From NCBI GenBank assembly GCA_964636385.1, contig CAZWSC010000096.1:131593-195592 (forward strand): a stretch of DNA of 64,000 bases. The letters are read 5' to 3'. Source of the stretch: an uncultured bacterium (lineage in GTDB: Bacteria; Eisenbacteria; RBG-16-71-46; CAIMUX01). Made by a program: the position numbers and the translations under genes. Below, piece after piece: positions 56,101-63,548 of this stretch. The notes below the pieces were generated by a model. It saw nothing but the letters and a program-made list of their open reading frames with translations, made no database searches and was not told where the DNA came from. Position 1 is the first letter of the stretch; the number at the start of each line of letters is the position of its first letter.

Positions 56101-56990
56101 TGGAGTGGAGCCGGCTGGTCAACCACCGTTACGAGCCGAACCAGAATGAGGAGGGGCTGGAAGACCTGCAGACCTTCCAGGTCCTCCTGTTCGATCCCGC
56201 CTACAAGCGGAGCGCGACCACCGGGGACGGGGTCTTCCAGTTCCAGTACAAGCAGGTGGTCAACAACGATGCAGAGAGGATGTTCGCCACTGTGGGTATC
56301 GAGGACCACACGAAGACCATGGGGCTGGAGCATACCTACATCAATCTCTACCATCCTGCGGCCGCCCCGCTTTCTCCGGGACTCGCCATACGCTTCACCA
56401 CAGAGCCACCGGTCTACAGGCCTTTCAGCCTGTCCGGGTTCTCGGCCAGGCCCACGAATGACGGACTGATGCTGCATTGGGAGCCGGCCGACTCCAGGCC
56501 GCGGGGGGCATGGCGGGTGTTCCGCGTGGAGTCCGGTCGTGGAGATACTGCGCCCGTGCTGCTTGCCGAGCTTCCGGCCGGTGCCCGGTCCTTCCTGGAC
56601 GAGGGCGCCCACAGTGGCGATGACGTGTCGTATCTGCTGGGCTCCTATGATCCGTTCGGCCATGAGACGGTGCTCGGTCCGTACTCTCCGGTTGCGGAGG
56701 AGCAGCCGGGCTCGTCGCTGATGCTGGCGGCACGAGGCGGGAACCCCTTCCGCAACGGCGCGGAACTCGTGCTGACCCTTCCGGAGCGTGCGCAGGTCAG
56801 GCTCCTTGTGTACGATGTTACAGGCCGGGTGGTCCGGGTTCTCGAGGACCGGGAGATGGCTGCCGGCACGCACAGCGCTCAATGGGATGGCCGGGATGAC
56901 CTGGGCCGGATGCGTTCGAGCGGAATCTACCTGGCCAGGCTCGAGACGGGCGCGGAGACCAGGACTGTAAAACTGACGCTGCTTCGGTAG
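53190..56990 (+). CDS. Large secreted gingipain-like (C25) cysteine peptidase with C-terminal T9SS-like sorting domain (paralog of 45975..50864)
   Basis: ATG 53190 (MRWVGPLLASVLVLLGL) signal peptide. C25 core (SYLIISAPQYQ...FVLLVGDVDVMPVG...DHYISMIDGDDFLPDLSVGRLS). Shared DAYGYYAYDN...YGG...LPFTFTYYG module with the other C25 paralog. CTD tail (AQVRLLVYDVTGRVVRVL...GIYLARLETG...KLTLLR). Confidence 0.82.
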   Translation: MRWVGPLLASVLVLLGLPDSAPAALSLRQAVDADLTIRLQGQIADLQESSVRLAIVPDGRKAAGARVLLNGTDATGDGLVEVGPPFTVRGVQFVPVIQHPADPGKGLGPVEIEVVLDTEPDDASKLLGQSRARRFSRGFYRPLARLLDEEQLAALESDLPGSYLIISAPQYQAAVEPLAQWKREKGYVTELVTTDQAGGSVAQIREFVSDRYRNADVPPQFVLLVGDVDVMPVGTFDGSVTDHYISMIDGDDFLPDLSVGRLSGTGLVDIQTFVAKILRHEMDPYREEGGEWFRRGLMVAANYASTTPIATSRWCRLQLLDTGFSQVDTLFHPPLPYSNGHFFINPKVNAGVSIIGYRGWARGHQGWEPPIYVREHVMALENGWKLPVVMSFVCRNNDFGHREQCFGEIWTNAGSPDAPKGAVAFLGNSHPWSHTRFNDAQAFGTFNAIREGRARTLGQLMDAGKYENLVQFPAQLYYEDFRSAAVEFYYFIYNLLGDPEMELWLAEPVDIAVGHPASIYIGTDLVEVSVEDFATQGPVEGARVGISQGRSVLALGFTDAHGMARIPISILSGDQPVKVTVTGAGVQPYQESIPVSQSASAMLAVSGMLIVDSGEGESRGNGDGIPNPGETIELHPVLYNHGAEASAPIPAGLSADTGIDIVTGTANYPAIRPGDEAHPDEPFVITLDRDLADGRQLLLRIAGLGPRDAHPVLNVHAPALVYDGHTLDGDGHLMPGGRSLLSVSVRNGGNQASGNVVAVLRSLLPDLAVVTDSTADLAPIPAGERGECTREFEVQVLDGLAIGQAVPFMLTLTAPNGRVEMTSFSMLVGEVDYRAPIGPDAYGYYAYDNCDTDYPDSAPVYDWVTASTAYGGSGTRLSLRDQDLVLVDLPFTFTYYGRDYDQILVSDNGWISFDTTPYYDWFNWSMPSAYGNAARIAPFWDNLNPQYRIDGELVGDGIYILHDAESHRFVVEWSRLVNHRYEPNQNEEGLEDLQTFQVLLFDPAYKRSATTGDGVFQFQYKQVVNNDAERMFATVGIEDHTKTMGLEHTYINLYHPAAAPLSPGLAIRFTTEPPVYRPFSLSGFSARPTNDGLMLHWEPADSRPRGAWRVFRVESGRGDTAPVLLAELPAGARSFLDEGAHSGDDVSYLLGSYDPFGHETVLGPYSPVAEEQPGSSLMLAARGGNPFRNGAELVLTLPERAQVRLLVYDVTGRVVRVLEDREMAAGTHSAQWDGRDDLGRMRSSGIYLARLETGAETRTVKLTLLR

Positions 56991-57022
56991 TCTGCGAACA
57001 CGCACACTTACGGAGTTGAACC

Positions 57023-57067
57023 GAAACCGCCGGCGCAGAGGCCCGGGGCCTGGCGCACGGCGGTTTC
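57023..57067. terminator. GC-rich nested stem-loop between convergent genes (putative bidirectional terminator)
   Basis: GAAACCGCCGGCGC...GCGCACGGCGGTTTC with an inner GGCCCGGGGCC palindrome, followed by TCTCCTTTG on the plus strand. Lies between the C25 stop (56990) and the FGE-domain gene stop (57142). Confidence 0.4.
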
Positions 57068-57141
57068 TCCTTTGCGGCTGCTCACCCGTGAAGACGCGGT
57101 CTGCGTCGGCCGGGCCTGGGGCACCCGGACTCTTCTGCCTC

Positions 57142-59589
57142 CTACCGCGCGTTCCTGACTGCGCGGAAGCCCACGGTGTTGTCCCTGGAGTTCGGCCAAT
57201 ACTGATCGCGGGCGGCCGATCGGCACTCCCTGGCGAAGTAGAACCAGGATCCGCCGCGGACAACCTTCCGGGAGCCCGCGAACGGCCCTTCGGGATCCAG
57301 GGATCCGGCCGATGGGTATGGGCCGTACCAGTCCCAGCACCACTCCCGGACATTGCCGTGCATGTCGTACAACCCTGCGGAGTTCGCCTGGCCTGCGCTC
57401 ATGACCCCGCGCGTCGAGTTGCCGGAGTTGCCGCAGTACCATCCGATCGCGCTCAGTACCGGGTCGATCCCGCAGAGGGGTTCCGTCATCCCGCCGTTGG
57501 CGAAGGCGGTCGCTGACCCGGCCCTGCAGGCGAACTCCCACTCCGCCTCGGTCGGAAGACGCCAGCCGTCGGCATCGCGGTTCCATGTGACGCTGGCTGA
57601 GATGATGTGATCTCCGTCGTACTGCACCGAGGCCAGTTCATAGGCCGGGGCACGGCCGTCTGCGTCGGAGCGTCGGTTGCAGTACTCGATCGCATCGTAC
57701 CAGGTGACCGTCTCCACGGGCAGGTTGGCGCCCCGGAAGTGTGAAGGATTGAACCCCATCAGCGCCTCGAACTGGGCCTGTGTCACTTCGTGTTCCCCGA
57801 ACACGGCAAGGTGGCTGAATGCGACCGGGGTCCTCGTCTCGTCATCCCTGCGCCCCGGCTCGCCGGGCGGGCTGCCCATCACCGAGCTGGCCACTCCCAC
57901 GAACGGGCCATCCATAACAGTCGTTTCGACCTGATTGCCAAGGCCGTCATCGAAGGCAAAGTAGTGCCGGTATGAGCCGATGGGCAGGGTTGCTTCCACC
58001 CGGAAAACCGCTCCGGCCGGCAGATCCCCTTCTGCCCAGGTCATGGCTACAGGCTCGTCGTTAAGAACGAGGTCGGCCCGGCCAGGCGCATTTCCGTCGG
58101 GATCCCTGTAGGTCACCTGGAAGACAAAGAGTGTGGCGTCGGTTCCCACTACAGGCGAAACACCGGGGAGCCTCAGGGTCGGAGCACCCGTGGTGCGGCC
58201 CTGGGTGACATTCGAGAGACGGGAGATGTTACCCGCTTCATCCAGGGCTTTCAGCGCGACGTGGTAGTCGGTCTCCGGTTCCAGGCCGGTGAGAATGAAC
58301 TCCTCCCGGGATCCTGCAGACTGCGGGCGCGGCGGGTCCTGTGCCGGATGGGCGGCGTCCCAGTTGTCCTCCGTGATCGGACCGGTGGAGTAACGGATAT
58401 CGTATGCGGACGCCCTGCCGTGAAAGCTGTCATTACCCGGCGCGGTCCACTGAAGCGCCAGGCTGGTCCTTGTGTCGGGGAGTGCCTCAAGATCGCGGAC
58501 CGCTGAAGGCGGGGTCAGGTCCCGGAATGCGCCCGGACCCCCGAGCATCACCAGGCCCATGTCCCTGTCGCTGACGGCCACCACCCCGGAGTTGCACAGG
58601 GACAAGCCGGTGGCGTAGCTGGTGACGACCGTTCCCATGAGCTGGGGCAGGGCCGGATTGGACACATCCACGATGTGAACGCCACCGTCGCGCGCCGCCA
58701 GGAACACCGTCTGGTCGCGGTACTTCACATCCACGCAGAAACCGTCCAGGTGCAGACTGGCGACGGAGGCGGGGTTCTCCGGGTCGAGGATGTTCATGAC
58801 GTGCAGGCCTTCACGCCCGTCGGCGATGAAGGCGTGGTCTCCGCCAAGGGTGATGCCCTGGGCGTTGCCGGGGGTATCGACCCAGCCTGCGAGGCGTATT
58901 GAGCCCAGGACCGGCACCCGGACATCCATTACCGACATTCCCATCTCGTCGTCGGCCACGTATGCATAGCCGTCCCTGACCTCGATGTCGCGGGCCCATC
59001 CGCGCGTGCCTGCGAACGCACCGTTGTACACAAGGCGCCCGGGAGTGCCGGGGTCCTGCTCGAAGATGCGGATACCCTTCCAGCTCTCGGCGGCGTAGAC
59101 CATGAACGGCTCTGACGGGTCCTCGGGCATGTCTATGTAGATCGTGAAGAGATCGGTGGCAGTTGCGCTCTGATCGAAGGAGTAGATGCTGTCGGGCCTC
59201 GACACATCGAAGGTCGCAACCCCCTCGATTCCCTCGACTAGGAATGCAACGTCCATGATCCCCTGGAGGTAGGGGACGCTCATAACCTTGATCCAACGGG
59301 CGTATCGTGTGGTGTCGAGGGACTGGATGAGGACCGGATTCCGGGGGTTGCTGACGTCGATCGAATGGATCCCGGCCTGCCCGCCCGCAACGAAGGCGTA
59401 GTCGCCAAGGACGTGCACCCCTTCATTCGAGCTAGGCAGAGGGAGCACGCCGATCACCGAGAATGGTGACACCGGCGGCTTGTAGAGATCCTGCTCGCCG
59501 CATCCCCACGGGGTCAGTAGCAGCACAGCCATTGTGGCGGTGAGGAGCGAGGGGCGGCGCAACTGTATCGGTCTTGAACGCAGCATCAT
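57142..59589 (-). CDS. Multidomain secreted/lipoprotein: LVIVD-repeat beta-propeller + FN3-like domain(s) + C-terminal formylglycine-generating-enzyme (FGE/SUMF1) family domain
   Basis: N-terminal signal peptide. LVIVD repeats (GDYAFVAGGQAGIHSIDVSNPRNPV, YAYVADDEMGMSVMDV, HAFIADGREGLHVMNI...). FN3-like region (PSAVRDLEALPDTRTSLALQWTAPGND...). FGE-domain motifs (WRLPTEAEWEFACRAG, LYDMHGNVREWCWDWY, VVRGGSWFYFARECRSAARD). Confidence 0.8.
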   Translation of the reverse strand: MMLRSRPIQLRRPSLLTATMAVLLLTPWGCGEQDLYKPPVSPFSVIGVLPLPSSNEGVHVLGDYAFVAGGQAGIHSIDVSNPRNPVLIQSLDTTRYARWIKVMSVPYLQGIMDVAFLVEGIEGVATFDVSRPDSIYSFDQSATATDLFTIYIDMPEDPSEPFMVYAAESWKGIRIFEQDPGTPGRLVYNGAFAGTRGWARDIEVRDGYAYVADDEMGMSVMDVRVPVLGSIRLAGWVDTPGNAQGITLGGDHAFIADGREGLHVMNILDPENPASVASLHLDGFCVDVKYRDQTVFLAARDGGVHIVDVSNPALPQLMGTVVTSYATGLSLCNSGVVAVSDRDMGLVMLGGPGAFRDLTPPSAVRDLEALPDTRTSLALQWTAPGNDSFHGRASAYDIRYSTGPITEDNWDAAHPAQDPPRPQSAGSREEFILTGLEPETDYHVALKALDEAGNISRLSNVTQGRTTGAPTLRLPGVSPVVGTDATLFVFQVTYRDPDGNAPGRADLVLNDEPVAMTWAEGDLPAGAVFRVEATLPIGSYRHYFAFDDGLGNQVETTVMDGPFVGVASSVMGSPPGEPGRRDDETRTPVAFSHLAVFGEHEVTQAQFEALMGFNPSHFRGANLPVETVTWYDAIEYCNRRSDADGRAPAYELASVQYDGDHIISASVTWNRDADGWRLPTEAEWEFACRAGSATAFANGGMTEPLCGIDPVLSAIGWYCGNSGNSTRGVMSAGQANSAGLYDMHGNVREWCWDWYGPYPSAGSLDPEGPFAGSRKVVRGGSWFYFARECRSAARDQYWPNSRDNTVGFRAVRNAR

Positions 59590-59634
59590 ACTCTCCCTTG
59601 TCCGGGTTCTGCCCGAACCGGCCTGTTCGCGTAG

Positions 59635-60891
59635 CTAGAACGGATAGGTAAGACCCATCCAGGTCCTGTTGTTGGTGTAGTCCTTGTCCTCATCAATGCT
59701 GCCCGCTCCCACGTCGGTATACGCAGCAGTCGAGGTGCGGCGCGTGAACCGGTACCCGATCTCGGCCGTAACCGGGCCGTACAGGCTCTTCGTGGAGACC
59801 GAGGAGGTGAAGACGCCGATCTCATCCAGCCTGCCTGAGTGATACGGGTCGATGTGCGGGGACAGCGTACTTGTAAAGAAGAACTTCATGTATCTGCCGC
59901 CGACCGTTGCATCCGTGAGATACCTCAGGAAGCCCCCCCGCGGCCGGTAGCTGAAGTCCAGGCTGTAGTAATCCCGATCGTAGGAGTTGTCGCCGCCCCG
60001 GACACTGGCGGGGTCGTCATACGAGTTGCCGACTGTGTCTCCCACGCGGCCGTCGGAGTCGCTGTAGGTGTACTGGGCCCTTATGCGCCAGTTGCGCTTG
60101 AGTGTCACATATGCAATCCCCGAGTAGGACCACTCCCAGTTGTCGTTCTCCATGAACTCCCTGTTGTAGAAACGCCAGACCCGCTGAAGGTCTCCCCTCA
60201 GAAGGAGACTGGAGTTGACGCGCTTCCAGTAACTGAAACGTAATGAGCTTCGGGTGATGGTGAACGGCGTGTACACCATGGGTGCCACCCGGGATGCAAA
60301 GGGCGGCCGGTCCAGCATCTCCCGGATGTAGCCGTTGGGGGAGTACGAGAATGCGACCTCTGCGAAGTCGCGGCCCCAGGCGTACTGCCGGGCCCGTAGC
60401 AGCAGGGACTGGTTGGTCTTGACGGGATTGGTTGTGTACTCGTACAGCATGAGTTTCATCCAGAAGTTCGTGTCCTTGCCCCAGACAAGCCTGCGGCGAA
60501 GGTCGAGAGTAATGCTGGGGCTGATGATGAAGTCGTCATACGTCTTCATCTTGAACCTGCCCGGGTCCATACCACGTCGGAACCGGTCTATGTTGACGTC
60601 CGAGAAGCGGAAGATGTTGTCGTCGTAGATGAACTCAAGCCCGACGTTGCCGGAGTGTCTCCAGGGGTTTCTCTGTCTCCGGGCCGCCGGTCTCGATCCT
60701 GCGCTGCTCTGGGAGAGCAGGCCGGAACCGGGCTGCATGATCGAGAGCACCGTCTGTGCCGTGGCGGGCTTTGGCAGTGCGGTTTCCGCCGTAGAGGACG
60801 CTGGATCGATCCCGACAAGCAATCCCGTGAGGCCAACCCCGATTCCGAGCATTTTGAGCCAGTGCATGCGAACCACTCCACTACCCTTCAT
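59635..60891 (-). CDS. Outer-membrane beta-barrel protein, hypothetical (family not recognised)
   Basis: ATG 60891 preceded by GAGGAGG. Signal peptide, Tyr/Arg/Trp-rich amphipathic strand pattern, terminal Phe (...TWMGLTYPF). About 45 nt upstream of, and co-directional with, the FGE-domain gene. Confidence 0.6.
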   Translation of the reverse strand: MKGSGVVRMHWLKMLGIGVGLTGLLVGIDPASSTAETALPKPATAQTVLSIMQPGSGLLSQSSAGSRPAARRQRNPWRHSGNVGLEFIYDDNIFRFSDVNIDRFRRGMDPGRFKMKTYDDFIISPSITLDLRRRLVWGKDTNFWMKLMLYEYTTNPVKTNQSLLLRARQYAWGRDFAEVAFSYSPNGYIREMLDRPPFASRVAPMVYTPFTITRSSLRFSYWKRVNSSLLLRGDLQRVWRFYNREFMENDNWEWSYSGIAYVTLKRNWRIRAQYTYSDSDGRVGDTVGNSYDDPASVRGGDNSYDRDYYSLDFSYRPRGGFLRYLTDATVGGRYMKFFFTSTLSPHIDPYHSGRLDEIGVFTSSVSTKSLYGPVTAEIGYRFTRRTSTAAYTDVGAGSIDEDKDYTNNRTWMGLTYPF

Positions 60892-61009
60892 CCACCGGCC
60901 TCCTCGCCTGTGTGGAGATTGCTGTCCGGACTAGTCCTGGCCCCGTATCCGCCGAGGCAGGACCGGAGCAGGATACAGGATTCCACAGTCTGCGGCAATC
61001 GTTACGGGA

Positions 61010-62353
61010 TTGGAAGAGAAATCCCGGCCTGCGTACAGGGTCCTTGCGGGCCGAGCCTGCGTCGTGCAAGAATCTGCGGCGGCATCCGTGCGTCCCTGCC
61101 TGACGGAAGTGCCGGACCGGCAGGGCGATTGTCGGAAGGCGAAGGGGGACGGCGTGACCTCAGGACTGAGCCCGGGTGGCGGATCCACGAAGCTGAAGGC
61201 TGCTGAAGGCGGAAGTCCCCGGCCCAAAGTCGGCTCGGGAGCTCCGGGTGCACCACGGAAGAAGCAGCGCGTTGTCTTCATCGATCACTTCCGCGGCCTA
61301 GTAGGGGTCATGATGGCCCTGGGCCACAGCTCCTACTTCTTCAATTCCATCTGGCGAGTTCTCGATCCGGTGGATCCGTTCTTCGGGAGCCTCGGGCAGT
61401 TCATCCTCCGCTCCATCGGATACCTGTGCGCACCCGGGTTCCTGATGATGAATGGTGCCGCATCCTGGTTTTCCTACACACGCTACCGCGCACACGGGGA
61501 TTCGGCATGGAAGGCCAGGTGGCATCTGATACAGAGGGGGCTCTTCCTCGTTCTTATCCAGATGACCTGGGTCAACTCATCATGGGGGGGATTTGCGGAG
61601 TTCAAGCCCTGGCGCCTGGGGATCATCTCCTGTATCGGCCTGTCGATGGTCTTCATGTCATTCCTGGTTCACACCCGGTGGCAGATACGGCTCGGTATCG
61701 GCCTGGGCATCTTCTCAATACATCCACTGCTCCTGACCATTCCATATAGTCCCGACGGCGGTCCGGGCGCGTTCCTGATGCAGGTGTTCGTCGACTCGGG
61801 AGACTGGAACAAGTACCCGATGCTTCCGTGGTTCGCGCTTGCCGTCATGGGCTCGGTGATGGGTGCGGGATGGTTCCGGGAATGGAAGACCGCTGATAAG
61901 CGGATCCTCTACAGCATGATAATCGGGCTTCTGGCCATCGGTCTCGCCATCCTTGTCCGCATGGGGCGCGGATACGGGAACATATGGGACTTCTACCAGT
62001 TCGGGCACTACACGTTCTTCCTCGACCAGAAGTATCCGCCAAGCCTTTATCATAACCTCTGGTTCTTCGGTGCGGTTTCCTTCATGGTCGGTTTTGTGCA
62101 TCTCGTGGGGCGGATCTGGATGCCGCTGGTCTCCTGGCTGGGGATCGTGGGACGTGTGCCGCTCTTCTTCTACTGCATACACCTGGGTGTGCTGGGAGTC
62201 TTCTCCAGGCGGATCGGGCTGTACTACCGCGAGGGGGAGGTGATGGCGTCCATCATCGGGTGGCTCATCCTCCTGGCGGTGATGCTGCCCCTGTCGGTGT
62301 GGTTCGGGAGGATCAAGGCGAGGAGCAGGAACTGGTTCATCAGGATGGTCTGA
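61010..62353 (+). CDS. DUF1624/HGSNAT-like (heparan-alpha-glucosaminide N-acetyltransferase family) polytopic membrane acyltransferase-like protein
   Basis: RVVFIDHFRGLVGVMMALGHS resembles the DUF1624 N-terminal motif. About 10 TM helices. The first ~48 aa of the ORF-track product are not protein-like; a GTG at 61154 is a plausible true start. Confidence 0.5.
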   Translation: MEEKSRPAYRVLAGRACVVQESAAASVRPCLTEVPDRQGDCRKAKGDGVTSGLSPGGGSTKLKAAEGGSPRPKVGSGAPGAPRKKQRVVFIDHFRGLVGVMMALGHSSYFFNSIWRVLDPVDPFFGSLGQFILRSIGYLCAPGFLMMNGAASWFSYTRYRAHGDSAWKARWHLIQRGLFLVLIQMTWVNSSWGGFAEFKPWRLGIISCIGLSMVFMSFLVHTRWQIRLGIGLGIFSIHPLLLTIPYSPDGGPGAFLMQVFVDSGDWNKYPMLPWFALAVMGSVMGAGWFREWKTADKRILYSMIIGLLAIGLAILVRMGRGYGNIWDFYQFGHYTFFLDQKYPPSLYHNLWFFGAVSFMVGFVHLVGRIWMPLVSWLGIVGRVPLFFYCIHLGVLGVFSRRIGLYYREGEVMASIIGWLILLAVMLPLSVWFGRIKARSRNWFIRMV

Positions 62354-62356
62354 CCG

Positions 62357-62395
62357 GCAGGTCCGCCGGCGCAGTGCGCGCCGGCGGCGTCCTGC
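62357..62395. terminator. GC-rich stem-loop between convergent genes (putative bidirectional terminator)
   Basis: GCAGG-tcc-GCCGGCGC-agtgc-GCGCCGGC-...-CCTGC, lying between the stops at 62353 (+) and 62402 (-). Confidence 0.4.
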
Positions 62396-62401
62396 GGATT
62401 C

Positions 62402-63385
62402 CTACTCCAGACCGACAGAGTGTTTCATGAACTGCACCCTCTCGTAGGCCACGGGATTCCCGCTGCGGCCCTGGGACATGCGGCCGCGGAAGTCGTCTAT
62501 CGCGGTGAACCCGTGACGGTCCATCCATCCGGTCATCTCCTGGAGCATCCGGCCGAGGTGCCCGACCTCCTTCTGGTACAGGGCCGAGCAGACCTGCACT
62601 GCCCGGGCCCCGGCGAGCAGCTGCTTCACCGCGTCCGCGCCATCGTGGATGCCGGTCGAGGCGGCCAGGTCGCACTTCACCCTGTCCGAGAGGATGGAGA
62701 TCCACCTCAGCGGCATCTCCGCCTCGTCGGGATGGCTCAGGTGGCTGCCGGCGGTCACCGTCATCTTCTCTATGTCGAAGTCCATCCTGTAGAAGCGGTT
62801 GAAGAGCACCAGCGCGTCCGCCGTGAGGCCCAGGGTTTCGATGGTCTGTGAAAGCCCGGAGAAGTACGACCCTATCTTCAGGGCCACCGGAATCGTCATC
62901 TGCTTCTTCACTTCCCCGAGGATGTCGGCGTAGACCTGCTCGTTGGCCTGCCCGTCCCTCCTGGGGTCCGCCGGCAGCACGAAGACGTTGAGTTCCAGAG
63001 CGTCAGCCCCGGCATCCTGCGCATCCTTTGCGAACTGCGTCCAGGCTCCGGCCGAGACGCAGTGCACGCTGGCGATGACCGGGATCCGGACGGCCTTCCT
63101 GCACTCCCTTATCAGCTCCAGGTACTTGCCCACCGCGTCGTCCGTGCCGTACTGGGTGATGTAGTCGGCTGCCTCGGTATGCCAGAAGGACTTCCGGGTG
63201 GCATCCATCATCGAGTCGATCTCGGCCAGAATCTGCTCTTCGAATATGGACTTCAGCACAACGGCGCCCGCTCCCGCTTCGGCGCACCTGGCCACGCCCT
63301 GTACAGACTGCGTCAGCCCGGAGCTTCCCACGATCAGGGGATTGGGCAGCGAAAGCCCCATGTATGTGGTCGAAAGATCCGCCAA
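62402..63385 (-). CDS. Dihydroorotate-dehydrogenase-like (class 1 DHOD/DPD family) TIM-barrel flavoprotein
   Basis: TTG start at 63385 with AAGGAGG 6 nt upstream. N-terminus MADLSTTYMGLSLPNPLIVGSSGLT resembles DHOD 1B (GLxLxNPxxxASG). ALKIGSYFS and STGIHDGADAVKQLLAGARAVQVCSALY match FMN-binding DHOD/DPD motifs. The ORF-track extension to 63535 is Cys/Arg-rich junk. Confidence 0.72.
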   Translation of the reverse strand: MADLSTTYMGLSLPNPLIVGSSGLTQSVQGVARCAEAGAGAVVLKSIFEEQILAEIDSMMDATRKSFWHTEAADYITQYGTDDAVGKYLELIRECRKAVRIPVIASVHCVSAGAWTQFAKDAQDAGADALELNVFVLPADPRRDGQANEQVYADILGEVKKQMTIPVALKIGSYFSGLSQTIETLGLTADALVLFNRFYRMDFDIEKMTVTAGSHLSHPDEAEMPLRWISILSDRVKCDLAASTGIHDGADAVKQLLAGARAVQVCSALYQKEVGHLGRMLQEMTGWMDRHGFTAIDDFRGRMSQGRSGNPVAYERVQFMKHSVGLE

Positions 63386-63414
63386 CTTGCACCTCCTTGC
63401 GTACCGGCCCTCTC

Positions 63415-63478
63415 CGGGGCCGGCGCCTCTTCCTGCCTGTTTCGCGCCGACCCGGGGCCGGCACCTCTTCCTGCCTGT
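63415..63478. repeat. Tandem direct repeat (2 x 26 nt, 1 mismatch) upstream of the DHOD-like gene
   Basis: CGGGGCCGGCGCCTCTTCCTGCCTGT (63415-63440) and CGGGGCCGGCACCTCTTCCTGCCTGT (63453-63478), separated by 12 nt, in the 5' region between the 63549 gene stop and the DHOD-like start. Confidence 0.6.
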
Positions 63479-63548
63479 CCTGCAGCTTGTCCGGGTAACG
63501 CAGCATCCGCATACGTTCCGGGCGCAGGGGTTCACATCTCACGAATGA

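Noticed and set aside
53625-57353. Two long minus-strand ORFs (586 aa and 563 aa)
   Set aside because: Antisense to the second C25 peptidase gene (53190-56990). No recognisable motifs; shadow ORFs.
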